A stretch of 64,000 nucleotides of DNA, from assembly GCF_009914755.1 (NCBI RefSeq), contig NC_060929.1; one strand, 5' to 3'. The translations under genes and the position numbers were made by a program. Positions 15,490 through 32,156 of the stretch are shown piece by piece; position 1 is the stretch's first letter, and each line of letters opens with the position of its first letter. The notes under the pieces are model-generated. The model saw only the letters and a program-made list of their open reading frames with translations. It did not search any database and was not told the origin of the DNA. The DNA comes from the human T2T-CHM13v2.0 reference genome, Homo sapiens.

Positions 15490-17450
15490 ACCGGAGAGAG
15501 GTGGGGAGGGCGTCCTCATGAGATGGGAGATAAGTGATACACAAGGAGTGATCTACAAAAAAATGCATCAAGGGTAGTGAGGCAGGTTTCTCATCAGAGA
15601 CAAGAGTTGCAGATAGTGAAAGGGAAAACTAAAAAGGAACGCTGTGGTGTTGGATAGGATTCGGAAGTTTTATGTAAACTCACACTTGTCCATATAAACA
15701 GATTTATAAATAAATGTAGATGTAAATGTCTGCCAGCTGCAAGGGCCTGGGAGCAGTGACATGCCCACATCAACAGGCATCCCTACACTAGACTCTGGCT
15801 TATAAACATGATGCTTTACCAAAAAAGACCTGGGATCCTTGAAGAAACGGCTGATTCTAGGGCTTGGGCAGGAAAAGTACAAACTGAACCTGGAACATCT
15901 TGTGCCAAAAAGAAAGGAAGTGCTCAGAGAAGGACAGGAACGTGTTGAAAGGACAGTGAAGCCAGCTTGAAGGGAGTCCTGCTGGCCAAATCAGGGATAT
16001 AAAAATTTAGTTCGAGCATCAAAGTAAGTAATGTAATAAATGGATTATAACTCATTGGATAAAATAGAAAAATTTAAGTACATACAAATATAAATAAGTG
16101 AATCAATGGAAAGTTTGATGGAGAGCAGGACAGGTTCATAGTTTCAAAGTATCTCCCCTCACAAAGACCTATTAATTTACAAAGGGTAAAAGAGATGTTT
16201 CACAGGGGAGAACGCTGGCAGACACCACCTTAATCAAGAATCAAAGTTAATATCATTGGTATGGGCAAACGGAAATGACATCACACACTGCCTGGTAGGA
16301 TGCAGGTGAGAATACGGTGTTTCTCTGTGAGTGTAGGGCTTAAGATGCACAACCTGAATTACATTATGAGGAAACGTCAAGTCGAGGGATGATCTATGAA
16401 ATAAGTGGCGTGTAATTTCAAAAGCATGAAAGTCAAGAGAAGACTAAAAGAGACTAAAGAGATATGACAACATACAAGGGGCAAAAGTTGAACGGGATCT
16501 GAGGATTAGATATTAGTAACACGTTGATAGGATTCGGCTATGTGTCTCCACCCGAATCTTACATATTGTGATCCCCATTGTTGGAGGTGGAGCCTGGTGG
16601 AAGCTGATTGGATCATATGGGTGGTTTCTAATGGTTTAGCGCCATCCCCATAGTGCTGTCTTGTGATAGAGTTCTCAAGAGACCTGGTGGTTTAAAAGTG
16701 TGTAGCGCGGCCGGGCGCGGTGGCTCACGCCTGTAATCCCAGCACTTTGGGAGGCCAAGGTGGGTGGATCACGAGGTCAGAGATCCAGACCATCGTGGCT
16801 AACACGGTGAAACCTCGTCTCTACTAAAAGTACAAAAAAATTAGCCGGGCATGGTGGCACGCGTCTGTAGTCCCAGCTACTTGGGAAGCTGAGGCAGGAC
16901 AATGGCGTGAACCCGGGAGGGGAGGCGGAGCTTGCAGTGAGCAGAGATCGCACCACTGAGCGGAGATCACGCCACTGGACTCCATCCTGGAGGACAGAGC
17001 GAGACTCCGTCTCAAAAAAAAAAAAAAAAAAAAAAAGTGTGTAGCTCTTCCCCCCTCACTTTCTTCCTCCGGCTCCGACCACGTGAAGACCATGCCTGCT
17101 TCCCTTCGCCTTCCGCCATGATAAGTTTCGTGAGGCCTCCCCAGCCACACCTCCCGTACAGCCTGTGGAACTGTGAGTCAATTAAACCTCTTTTCTCATA
17201 AATTACTCAGTCTCAGGTAGTTCTTTATAGCACTGTGAGAACAGACTAATACACACATCAATCCTAATTTTCTGATTTTGATGGTTGTAATGTAGTTATG
17301 CAGGAAAATGTCCTTGTCTGTGGGAAATATACACTAAAGCATTTGGGAGTAACAGGGCATCAGATCAACAACATTCTCAAATAATTTAGGGGGAAAAGTT
17401 CTATGTACTTGCAACTTTTCTTTAAGTTACGATTATGTCACAATAAAAGA
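15490..17450 (+). mobile_element. Old L1MC-type 3' region interrupted by an MST LTR
   Basis: L1MC-type motifs (gcagacaccaccttaatcaag; ttttctgattttgatggttgta; aataaaag end). Boundaries approximate. Confidence 0.6.
16525..17253 (+). mobile_element. MSTA/MSTB MaLR solo LTR containing an AluY (16709-17032)
   Basis: tgatagg...gactaataca termini and 5-bp TSD cacgt/cacat. Alu TSD aaaagtgtgtagc. Confidence 0.88.
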
Positions 17451-17549
17451 CACTGCAAAAAAAAGGAAAAGTCAACAATTAAGAGTCAGACAGGGAAGGT
17501 GAGCAAATAAGAACTCTGCTATTTCAGGGACACTATTCACATTCACAAG

Positions 17550-17770
17550 AATACTATGAGGCCAGGCTACTTGGATTCAAATCTCAGCCCCATCATTTAT
17601 CAGCTGTGTGACTTGGGGAAAGTTACTCAACCTCTCTGTGCCTCAGTTTCCAAATCAATAAAGTGAAGATCATAATAGTATCTATTTCCTAGGGTTATGA
17701 GAATTCCATGGGTTTATATTTGCCAAGTGCTTTTAAAAGTGCCTGGAACACAGTAAGCATCATTTAAGTG
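17550..17770 (+). mobile_element. MIR SINE
   Basis: Core agctgtgtgacttggggaaagttactcaacctctctgtgcctcagtttcc. Confidence 0.85.
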
Positions 17771-18404
17771 TAAATAAAACGAATGACCCATGGAGTTATT
17801 CAAAATGGAATAACCTCACACATATGCTCACTGCAGGGAAAGAAGAATGGATGGAAAATTTTTTTAAAAAAAGTTTTGTTTTGTTTTGTTTTGTTAGGAC
17901 AGGGTCTCACTATGTTGCCTAGGCTTGTCTCAAATTTCTGGGCTCAAGCAACCCTCCCTCCTCAGCCTCCCCAAATGTTTGGATTACAGGGATAAGCCAT
18001 TACGTCCAGCCACATTTTTAACTTAAAAGATACAAACCTGCAATTATAGGCAGTAGGAAAGGCAAGTTACCAATGGTGCTGGAAAGTAAAGCAGCTCATA
18101 AATGTGGGGCATTGTCTGTTGACTGCAAAAACTTTTCCATGGTGACCTCCTGGATACAAAGTCAACACAACTCACTTCCCTGCTAAACAGATGATTGCTT
18201 TGACCAACAGTGACACCTACAGGTCAACACTGTAAAGACAATTCAATTATATCTGAATGTGGGCCAGATTTCTATAACCCTGGAATTGCCAGGCTGTAAG
18301 GATTCTCAACAAGCAAATAGCAAACATTGAGTAGTTGTTGGATCTATATTTCTATTTTCAAACCTAATCTACCTTAGGAAGTAACTGGTCTCTGCAGTAA
18401 TTTA

Positions 18405-18698
<294 letters not shown>

Positions 18699-19880
18699 TC
18701 ATAAAATATATAGGAATAAACACAAAAGTTGTTAAGACGTTGCATGAAATAAACTGCAGAATTTTGCTAGGAACCATAAAAATTTGATCAAAATACGTAT
18801 CATTGATGTTTTTAAGATCTAAGTATTATATATTAGTTCTTCCTAACTTATAAATTTGAGTCCAATAAAAATCCCAAAGAAATTTTTTAAAAACCTGGAA
18901 AATGTTTCTAAATTTTATTTAGGAAAATAATTAAAATATTAAAAGCTGAAAACGAATGTGGAAAACATCTTAATAACAGTACCCAACATTTATTGAGCCC
19001 TTATCATGAACTTACCAGGCACTGTTAACTTTTATAATTTTACGCTTTAATCCTAACAATTGTATGGGACAGATATTATCAGCATCCTCATACAGTGGAA
19101 ATAGATTATTTAAGCTTAGCAGCATCTGTGTTTCTTACCTAGGATAACAACTCTCATTTCTTTTAGGGGAATTATCTGTCCTTGATTTCAGCATTAGGAC
19201 TATTAATCCAGGTGCTTTGCTCTCCCCTTGCCAAGGGGCAGGTAAATTACCTTAAAGGTAAATGATCCATGCTAGGCAAATTGCTTGGTCCTTTCCTGCA
19301 GTTTTAATTTTGAGAAACAAAAAGCCTAAAAACAGTTGAAGTTCACTCATTCTAGCAGTGGCGTTTCCACAAGACAGTTGATTTTTACCTGTTACCTAGC
19401 TAGGTCCCTAGAGGTAAGGAGACAAACTCAGAAAATAGCAACAGAATTCCATCTCCACTTGCAGACTAAAGAATAAAAAAAAGGAGTCATGTTAGTAGAA
19501 TCTACAGAGCCACAGCAGAGGGGCCATCTAACAGGAGATGTAGACACAGAAAAAGGAATAAGCTTTCCAGCGAGATGTCTCTAGAGAAGGATCTCCTTCA
19601 TGCCTCTCCAGAAAACATGAGAAGCTCCTGGTGACGAACCAATTCCTTCTTCATGGATGTGAAATGACCAGGATGCTATCAAGTCACCATGCTCTTTCGT
19701 CATGCCCAAAGTTGTGTGTGTTGGCTGTTCCACTGTCCTATCAGCCTACAGAAGGACAAGCAAAGCTTACAGAAGAATGTTCCTTAGGAGGAAGCAGCAA
19801 CCGTGATCAGGATGAATGAGAAATCATCCCAATAAACACGCTTTGTGTACATTTTCCTTAAAAAAAAAAAAAAAAAAAAA

Positions 19881-20090
19881 GACAGTAACTACCACAGACT
19901 GGCAGGGAAGGAGTGGGAAAATTAATACTCTGACATTTTTTTTTCTGCTCTGATTTTCTACCACTGGCCAAACACAATCAGAAGCCAGAGGATAAAGCAA
20001 GCCCAGATGAAGTGGACCGTAGAGATCAGTCCCTAAGGACACACTGCAGGAGAATGTCAGAGAGTGGTTCTGGAGAGGCAAATTGGATCT
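19881..20090 (-). mobile_element. LTR33-like ERVL fragment
   Basis: Motifs ccactggccaaacacaatcagaagccagagg and ggttctggagaggcaaattgga. Confidence 0.55.
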
Positions 20091-20727
20091 GGGCTTTCCA
20101 AAACAGACCATGTTTGCTAAAGCCATAATTGGTTTCCGCAGCTTGCCACAAAGAAACCGAACTGATACAACCCACGTTACAGACAAGAAAATGAAGTTCA
20201 AAGAGATTAGGTTACTTTTTGCAGGTCACATGGCTAATATATGTAGAACTCTAAAACAATTTAAGTAGAAGAAATTTAAAAGATCACAGAATCAAATGTT
20301 ATTTTCCCTGGAGTTAGTAACTGCCCTTTTTATTGCTTAATTTGCTTTGTATGTTTTTTTCTCTTATTGTAAAATACAACATAAAACTCACCATTTTAAC
20401 CATTTTAAAATGAGCAATTGAGTAGCATTTAGTATATTTGTAGAGTTGTGCAATGACCACCACTATCTAACAGAATCCTATAGAGCCACAGCAGAGGCGA
20501 CACCTGACAGGAGATGTAGTCGCAGAAAAGGGAATAAGCTTGCCCTTCCGTCTGCACAGGGAAATGGCATTCTATTTATCTATATACACACACACATATA
20601 CCAATTACTGAATCAGGATACACAGCTAAAAACAGATCCTGTTATATGTAAGAATGCAGTGTACTATAAAAGAGGTATCAGTGTGAAAAGGACAACCCAA
20701 TTGTCTAATTGGAGTTGAGGAATTATT

Positions 20728-20733
20728 TTTATT
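20728..20733 (-). terminator. Distal polyadenylation signal AATAAA
   Basis: tttatt on the + strand, with a GU/U-rich tract (ttgggttgtccttttc) shortly downstream on the minus strand. Confidence 0.6.
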
Positions 20734-21251
20734 TTTAAAAGGGAAATTAACGTAGACAAATCGTAACATGTACCCCAAATCCAAATGGATTAAAGACAAA
20801 AATGTCAATAAAACATTTGTGGACCTTTCCAATAGAAAAAAAAAAAAGAGCAAACTCTAACTGCCTACAACATTTTAAATCTAGAATCCTATATTCAATC
20901 AATATGGGGATAAAGTTCTTCCCCTTGGATAGGAGAGGTTTCGTTTGGTTTTCTTTTAATTTCCTCCAAAACAATCATTGGCAGGAAGCTTCTGCAGGAT
21001 AAGCTCCAGGTGTAGAAAAAAAAAAAAAAAAAAAAAGTTTGTTGGAGACCATAGGAATTTCATAAAAATATTGAAACTGAAAACACTTAAAAAGCATTCC
21101 AAATCAGCTTTCCAATCTGCAACCTTTGTTAGAATGAAGGCAACAAGAAAATGGTCTGAAAGTGCCAGGGAAGAGAAGAGGAAGGACACAGAGCCCTCTT
21201 GGTCCCTTCAGCATTTTCAGGAGACAGAATGCCACAGAGAATTTTCCACAG

Positions 21252-21537
21252 AGCTGGGCATGGTGGCACACTCCTGTAATCCCAACAACTCAAGAGGCTG
21301 AGGCAGGAGGATCGCTTGAGGCCACAAGTTCAAGACGAGCATGAGCAATGTAGTATGACCCAATCTTTACAAAAAAAAATAATAATCAGCTGGGCACAGT
21401 GGCATGCACCTGTAGTCCCAGCTACTGGGGAGCATGAGGTGGAAGGATAGATTGAGCCCAGGAGTTGGAGGCTGCAGTGAGCCACTATTGCACCACTGCA
21501 CTCCAGTGTGGGCAAAACTGAGACACCAAAAAAAAAG
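21252..21537 (+). mobile_element. AluJ in the 3' UTR (antisense in the mRNA)
   Basis: Full dimeric Alu with A-tail. Confidence 0.9.
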
Positions 21538-22818
21538 AAGTGTTCTGTGGTTGCAGAGCAAGAGAGAGAGGAGGCTTAACAGATTCCCACCCTGAAAGAG
21601 AAAGTAGGAAGCAGAGTACATAATAGCACTCAATTTCCTTTGAGAAAACTGCCTTCCCTCCATTGTGAGAAGTCTTCACCTGGAGGGCCTGCCTCCTCAC
21701 TGCTGCAGCCAGGAGCCAGGTCTTCACCCACTTCCCAGGGAGTCACAAGAGCCTGGCTGCTAGGCTCAGCGAATGGATGCTCTCTCCAAGTACAGCAAGA
21801 TCCTAAGCAAGTTAGGCTTTAGTGCCGTGGCAGAAGCAAGCATGCTGAACACAATTCCCCGCATCCACAATGGAGGCTGGGCATTGCCAGCAGTAGCGGT
21901 TGGAACACAGGATTTAGGAGGAGGCAGCAGTTATGAAATGCTCAAGATAACCAGTAATGAGCAGCACAAGACCCCTTGCACCTTCAAATATAAGACCAGT
22001 AATAACACTTACAAATGTACATTTTAACTTGGATAGTTAAAAATACTAACAAGTGATTTATATCTGCTAAATCAGCAAAAAAGAACAAAGAGGAACAAAT
22101 TGAAGGCATATGTTTTAATGAACATTATAACCAAAAAAAATTGAGTCCTTGTGCTAGAAACATGTAGAAGAAAAATTATAAATTTGTTTCAAAGAAAGCT
22201 TTCAGAATCAGTTTTACCTAAAATCTATAGCTAAGATTATCACTCCCACATACCCTCACCCATGATTTCTTCCTGCCAACCTTCTCTCAATAGCTATATC
22301 AGTATTTGGCTTGATTCATGTTCAATATTGACAACAGCATGTCTAGTTAAATACTGCTCGCAGCTGGCCATGGGACATATTATGAATACCTTTGCTTCCC
22401 AGATACATTTATAATTGTTTAGTTTTTCATTTGCTTACTTCTCTGGGCCATAATTCAACCCCAAATTATTTGCCATTTGTCCAGATCTCTCCACATCCTG
22501 ATGGATCAGGTTGTCTACAAATGTCATCTTGTTCAAAGGCCTCTGCTCCATTCTAACCTGGCAGGAGTAGAGGGGTGCCATGCAGAAGGGGAGCAGAGAA
22601 TGCCAGGAAGGCAGGAGAACAGGGGCCTCTGGGCTGAACCAGCCCAAAGGCTCCTGTGCAGCTTCCCAGTGAGAAAAGGTGAGACTGTCAGCAAAGAGAA
22701 AGTGAACTTTGCCCAGCTCTCTATGACCACATGCTGCCACACACACTGAGGATTGAGAACAGATCCAAGGGCAACCGCAGACGCCTAAAGCTAAAGAAGG
22801 TGGTCTAAGGTTGTATAA

Positions 22819-23128
<310 letters not shown>

Positions 23129-23652
23129 TCCAGACGCATTTTCTATACAACTCTGCACAGGCAATTTTGGCCTCAGAGTCCTCCAGCAGGTGGCAGACTC
23201 CAGCACAGGAACAAAATCTGTCTACCCCAGAAATCTCTTCCAAGTTGACACAGCCTTCATAAGCAAGAGCCATAACTGTGATGAATACCTGTTGTCATTT
23301 TAAGCACTGCAAGTTATTCCACATGAATACTGAACTGTGGTCCAAGCATACAGGGGAATGCATCCCCCTTTCAATCACACGACATCCAACACATGCCATA
23401 GGTGGGTAATGTCAAGCAATATTCACCCCCCGCCCCTGAATCCTTCACTTGGTCAGGAGACACCCTGTATCTACTGCAAAGACTTCTGTTTTCTCCTCGG
23501 TTCTGTATTTTCCCAAATTCCTACCCTGGTACGTACTATTTTTTTCTAATTACAAAATAATCATTAACTTTTAAAAAGCCATGTACAACTAGTTGACATA
23601 ATAAAAATCCACCTAACTCATCTTTTAGTAACTATGGCTATGTTGTAACAAT

Positions 23653-23750
23653 TTTATTTTGATTTTTAAAAAAGGAATCTCTTGATTTAATCAGGGCTTT
23701 GGGGTCATAGGGGGATTAGTCACTGTCACAGTCATAATAATGCATTTATT
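23653..23750 (-). terminator. Proximal polyadenylation signals (AATAAA at 23745-23750 and 23653-23658)
   Basis: tttatt occurs twice on the + strand within 185 nt of the stop codon. Confidence 0.7.
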
Positions 23751-23834
23751 CAGGGAAAACTTTAATTTTCTTTGTCTTCTCCAAAAACAGCTGCTGGAAC
23801 ACCTCAAATTAAGGGATGTTCATCTAAAACACCT

Positions 23835-23889
23835 TTACTGAAACTTGATTCCTTGGGCCAGAGGAAGGTCTTTACTGTAGTTGATAGTA
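23835..23889 (-). CDS. ALDH7A1: ALDH7A1 terminal exon 18, coding part (55 nt), [17 protein letters not shown]
   Basis: Acceptor cactag, stop TAA at 23835-23837. Matches the ALDH7 C-terminus. Confidence 0.97.
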
Positions 23890-24067
23890 CTAGTGGGAAA
23901 AAATAACAGAATTAATGACAGTACATACATAACAGAAGATTTTCATGCCCACTTTTAAAATGTAGCAGATCTGTATATATTAACAAGGCAAGATCTCCAA
24001 GTTACAACTTTTTAAGACAAACCTTTAAGATAAAAGACAATGTTAGTATGGATCCCGTTTTATTTAA

Positions 24068-24965
<898 letters not shown>

Positions 24966-25192
24966 AAACCACGCACGAGACCATTTCATTGTTGGGTGCT
25001 GGGCACTAGCTGAAGCTAGACAAGAAGGCTAGAAAAATAGCACCAAATAGATACTTAGAGGAGACAGCTGTGGAATGCTGGAAAAATCAAATCAAATGAC
25101 ACTGCACAAAGACAGCACAGACAGTAGGAAAGTGTAAAAGCCCATTCCCAAGGGTTTTAAGCCCAAACCTATCTTCCCAAAGCCTTTTCTTA

Positions 25193-25378
<186 letters not shown>

Positions 25379-27258
25379 TTACTTTACATTTAGCCCACAA
25401 TATCTCCCCTGCAAACAAATCAAAGACAGAGACCAAGAGACCAAAACAAACAGAAAAAAGGAATTAAGAGGGAAAATAAAATATAAGGAATTAAGAAGAA
25501 ATGGAAACAGAAAGAAACGGTAAAAAAAAAAAAAAATCCCATTAGCTGGGCGTGGTGGTGCATGCCTGTAACCCCACCGTGCCCAGCCCACACATGTTAT
25601 TCATAGTTTTTCTTTTGAGCAGGGCACAAGAATATGGGAGCTGTAACTGTCTTCTTTATCTCTCTCAATAACTTGTATTAAATTATCAGGGAAAACACAA
25701 ATATTCCCATTTGATAGAAATACATTAAGAAAATATAACAATTTTGAAATAAAAGCTTCTCTATTAACTACTCACCTGGTCTTTCTCATGAGAGGGAAAG
25801 AATCTCCATTAAATGGGTTCCAGAAAAATCACAGCTGAATGTTTGCCCTTCTAGCTCTCAAATGCACAAGCAAAGTAAAAAGAGACATAACTGACTTCAA
25901 AGAATGGGAAGCCAGCAAAAAGCCTGCACACATTTGAAATAAAACAAACCACAGCTAACAGCGCCTCTGAAACTCCTGGCAGGAACAGAGTCGCAGAGGC
26001 TCTAAGGAACCAAGGCTGAGCACCTGCCTGAGGTTCCGGAGCTAGTGACAGCAGTAAATGGGACTGGGATGGTGTCTCTTGGTTCCTCACCCAGTGCTCA
26101 TTCTACAAGATAACAACACCTCATGGGTCTTCCCCAACAAACTCTTTTATTGCACTTGAATAAAAGCTATTTCTACCCAAGGTGGGCAGGGAGGGAGTAG
26201 GGAGAGAGCGAATAAAAGCAGAAGAAACAAGTCCTAGTCAAAATCTCCCAAGAGACTCCCTATCCAGCTACGCACATGCTGGGGGAATGAACTAATCCAC
26301 TTTCAAGGACCATGCTCACTATTCTGAGAGCTGGTACCCCACTGCCCTCCGCTTGCTAGCCAGGCCTGCAGGGCCCTCCCTGCCTCTGTTTTCTACTGCT
26401 TCTTCAGTCTGCAAGGGTACTGGGTGCATCCAAGAAGAAAATGAAAAGAACAGCTTCTTCTACTTTCTCCTACTAGTTGACTCCCATGTGTCCTGCTCCT
26501 GGACAGAAACCTCTATCATAACAGAGGGTCAATACATAATGTCTAAAGCTTTCAAGGAGACAGCAGTGAAAGCACACTAGTTAGAAAAACTGACATCAAT
26601 TCAAAGGTAAATTTGCTTTTTTCTTTTAGTAAAAAGAATCTCGGCCAGGTACAGTGGCTCACACCTGTATTCCCAGCACTTTGGGAGGCCGAGGCAGGTG
26701 GATCACAAGGTCAGGAGTTCAAGACCAGCCTGGCCAACATGGTGAAACCCCATCTCTACTAAAAAAATACAAAAATTAGCCAGGCATGGTGGCGTGCACC
26801 TGTAATCCCAGCTACTCACGAGGTTGAGGCGGGAGAATTGCTTGAACTGGGGAGGTGGATGTTGCAGCGAGCCAATATTGCACCACTGCACTCCAGCATA
26901 GGCAACAGAGCAAGATTCCGTCTCAAAAAAAAAAAAAGAATCTCAATGTAGCCTCTGGGAAAGGAGGAGGAGAAGAAAAGTATGAGCAAAACTACTTTTT
27001 CCATTATAAGACTTTTTTAAAACTTTTATTTATTTAGAGACAGGGTCACACTCACTCTGTCACCCAGGCTGAAGTGCAGTGGTGGGATCATGGCTTACTA
27101 CAGCCTCAAACTCTTGGCTTAAGCGAGCCTTGCACCTCAGACTCACGAGTAGCTGGGAATACAAGTGTGTGACACCACAACTGGCTAGTTTTTTTTAATT
27201 TTTGTAGAGACAGGGTCCTACCATGTTGCCCAGGTTCATCTCAAACTCCTGGGCTTAA

Positions 27259-27518
<260 letters not shown>

Positions 27519-27622
27519 TGAACTCCTGAGCTCAAGCGATCGGCCCACCTCTGCCTCCCAAAGTGCCAGGATTTCAGGTGTAAGCTACTGTGCCTGGGCA
27601 CCAAAACTTTAAAAATTAATTA

Positions 27623-27829
<207 letters not shown>

Positions 27830-28796
27830 TCAGCTATTCATGAGGCTGAGGCGAGAGGAATGCTTGAGCCTGGGAGGTGGTGGCTGCAGTGAGCTGTGAT
27901 CGCGCCACTGCACTCCAGCCTGGGCAACATAGCAAGCCCCCAGCTCAAAAAAAAAAAAAAAAAAAAAAAAAAAGGAATAGTCAATCAGAGAGAGCAGGCA
28001 TGGGTTGGAAACAGGGATTAAATTAGTACAAAAGGAGAAGATAGACACTCATGCATTCAGGCAACTGCACAGTGGAGTGCAGGGGCAAGGGGTGAACTGA
28101 AAACAGCAAAGTCCGTGCATCAAATAGTAATTGTAGTATCTGCTCTAAAAATGTAAAAGAATGCTACTAATGATATAAACTTTTACAAGTATTAATGCAT
28201 GTTTGTTTTGCTTCTATATTTAAAAAAAACAAGCAATCTGTTTTATTTTACTTTGGATCATTTTTAATAAATAATACTTAATATACAATGGTTAGGGAGA
28301 GTTTTTAAGGAAAAACTACTACCAAGTTTCAGCATTAATAATGTATGGCTTATTAAGAGGAAACAGGAGCAGGGCCCAGTGAAAAGAAACAACTTTGTAT
28401 TCCATCTAGTGAAAAAGAGTATGTTTAACATTTATATGCCTACTTTGCAAATAAAAACCAGAATATTTCATATAAAATTTTCTGGCTTTGAAGCAGGGAT
28501 TCTTAATCTTTTTTGGGTCTGGAAACTTCTCCCCAGAAAACAAATGCCACCATTTCAGGGGTTCACACATTTCAAGTTAAGGGCCTCTGCTCTAACCTGA
28601 TGCTGCCTCTGAGGAGATGACGCAGGACTCTATGCGATAACTTTGAATACAGAATGTAAGCTTTTTCAGATATGTTAGATCACATAAGGTTATTTCAGAA
28701 TATAAGGAGTGTTTCAGTCTCTTGGTCAGCCTTTTCTAAAAGCTACTACTGGTTTTTCTTTGCTGCCCAACATGGAAAAGGAGAAATGATTCTCTA

Positions 28797-28946
<150 letters not shown>

Positions 28947-29010
28947 CTAAACCAAAGCTCAAAGGCTTTCAATACTGAAAAACTGATTTTAGACTACAGC
29001 AGTTTTTTTA

Positions 29011-29166
<156 letters not shown>

Positions 29167-29419
29167 CTAAAAGGAGAGACATTGGAAGCTGTAAGATGTT
29201 ATAGTGTTCAAGTCAAAGTTCACTGACATTAAACTCATTTCCTGAAGTGTACCAGTATAATTTCAGTGTACAAAAGGAAACCAAAGAGTCAAGTTTACTC
29301 ACTCTGTTTCTCTTATAATTCAGATCATTGATAATAAGTAAAAAATTTTGGGATTTTTCCCCTAATTATCAGAAACAAATATTAACACATTCTTCCTTTC
29401 ATTCAAGCTACTACATATA

Positions 29420-29590
29420 ATAGCTAATATCTATTGAGCTCTTACGTGTGTAACACACCAATCTAAGCACTTAACATGCATTTAGTTATTTAATCCTCAT
29501 CCTATAACACAGGTTTCCTACTACCTCCCAATTTACAGATTGGGCAACTGAGGCCTACAGAGACTAATTTGCTCAAGAGCTCACACAGCC
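29420..29590 (-). mobile_element. MIR SINE
   Basis: cccaatttacagattgggcaactgaggcctacagag...tttgctcaagagctcacacagc. Confidence 0.75.
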
Positions 29591-30101
29591 TCATAATGTA
29601 CACAAACACATTACAAAACACAAAATTATATTCTCTAGTCCCCATACGTGAAACAATGATAGGCAATTTAAAGCAAGAAATAAAGAAGCAATGATGTAAT
29701 TGCAACAAGATGCAATTCTCACTATTATTTTACTGTTAATAATGGTACATTCAAATATTGATTCAATCTCTGCAGTCTCAAAATTAATCCTAAATATTTA
29801 CTGGCGAGGCTAGGGCCCGTCTCAAGCTAGGGAATGAGATCTTCTAATTTATCCACCTGTGTGGGTTTTTTGGGTTTTATTTATTTGTTTGTTTTAGAGA
29901 CAGGATCTCTTCCCACCTCAGCCTCCCGAGTAGCTAGGACTATAGGTACATACAACACCTGGCTAATTTTTTAATTTTTTTGTACAGACAAGGTCTCACT
30001 GTGTTGGTCAGGCTGGTCTTGAGCACCTGGCCTCAAGTGATCCTCCCAAAGCACTGAGATTACAAGCATGAGCCATTGTGCCCAGCTTCTTCACCTATTA
30101 A

Positions 30102-30374
<273 letters not shown>

Positions 30375-30872
30375 TAGTAGAGACGGGGTTTCACCATGTT
30401 GGCCAGGCTGGTCTCGAACTCCTGACCTCAGGTGATCTGCCTGCCTCACCCTCCCAAAGTGCTGGGATTACAGGTGTGAGCCACCGTGCCTGGCCAACTA
30501 TAGGTCTTTGTATTACCCCCACATGTTCTCATTTTGTCTGCTGACATGTTCACAGCACTCAGGCTATCAAACTATCCAGTACCACGGTTCAGGAGAAGGT
30601 GACTCTATGGCCTACACAGCCCAGGATTAAGATGACACAGGAAATGAGGACCACACACTTCATAAACTCCAACACTGGTCCACTACCCAATCTGGTTTCC
30701 CTGGCAGCTAGCTTGGCATGCTATAGAGTTTTAAAGTGTTTATCTCATATTTTATCCTGAACCTTCATATATCTACTATTCAGATTACTTTCTAAAACCC
30801 TCTTAAAGGTTCATCCAGTGAAATTTAATCCACCATCATTTTCCTCTTATCATTTATTTCAACATCAGGCTA

Positions 30873-31010
<138 letters not shown>

Positions 31011-31193
31011 CTAATGCAGAGAAATGAAATAAAAAGAATGAAAGCATTTTGTTTTCTAGGACTTGGGGTCAGAGGATGCAATCTTTGCCTACATTTATAA
31101 AGAAAAAAATTAGCATCATTTATAGGTGAATTATTTCTCCAAAATAACTTCCAATCATGAAAGAAAATTCTCTCTTCCTGATATTGGTTCTAA

Positions 31194-31488
<295 letters not shown>

Positions 31489-31789
31489 TGAACTTCTGAC
31501 CTCAAGTGATCCACCTGCCTCAGCCTCCCAGAGTGCTGGGATTACAGGTGTGAGTCAACATGCCCGGCCACAAACAAATCTTTATATGTGGGGGGTTTTT
31601 TGTTTTTGATTTTTTTTTTTTATTATTTGGTTTTTTGTTTTTGATTTGGTCTTGCTTTGTTGTCCAAGCTGCAGTGCAGTGACATCATCATGACTCATTG
31701 CAGCCTCGAACTTGTGGGCTCAAGCAATCCTCCCACCTCAGCCTCCCAAGTAGCTAGCACTACATGTGCATGCCACCATACTCAGCTAA

Positions 31790-31987
<198 letters not shown>

Positions 31988-32156
31988 TAACCAATAAATA
32001 GATTATAATTGCTCTGAATACAAAGTCTCCTACTGTACTTGAAAAGGAATTTTCCTTTCCATACAAATATTAAGGACCCAATTCAAAAGCAACCATGACT
32101 CCGTTTCTTCTATGTCCTTCCAGAAATGTCCCATGCATTTTCTGCTGTCTTTTTTT

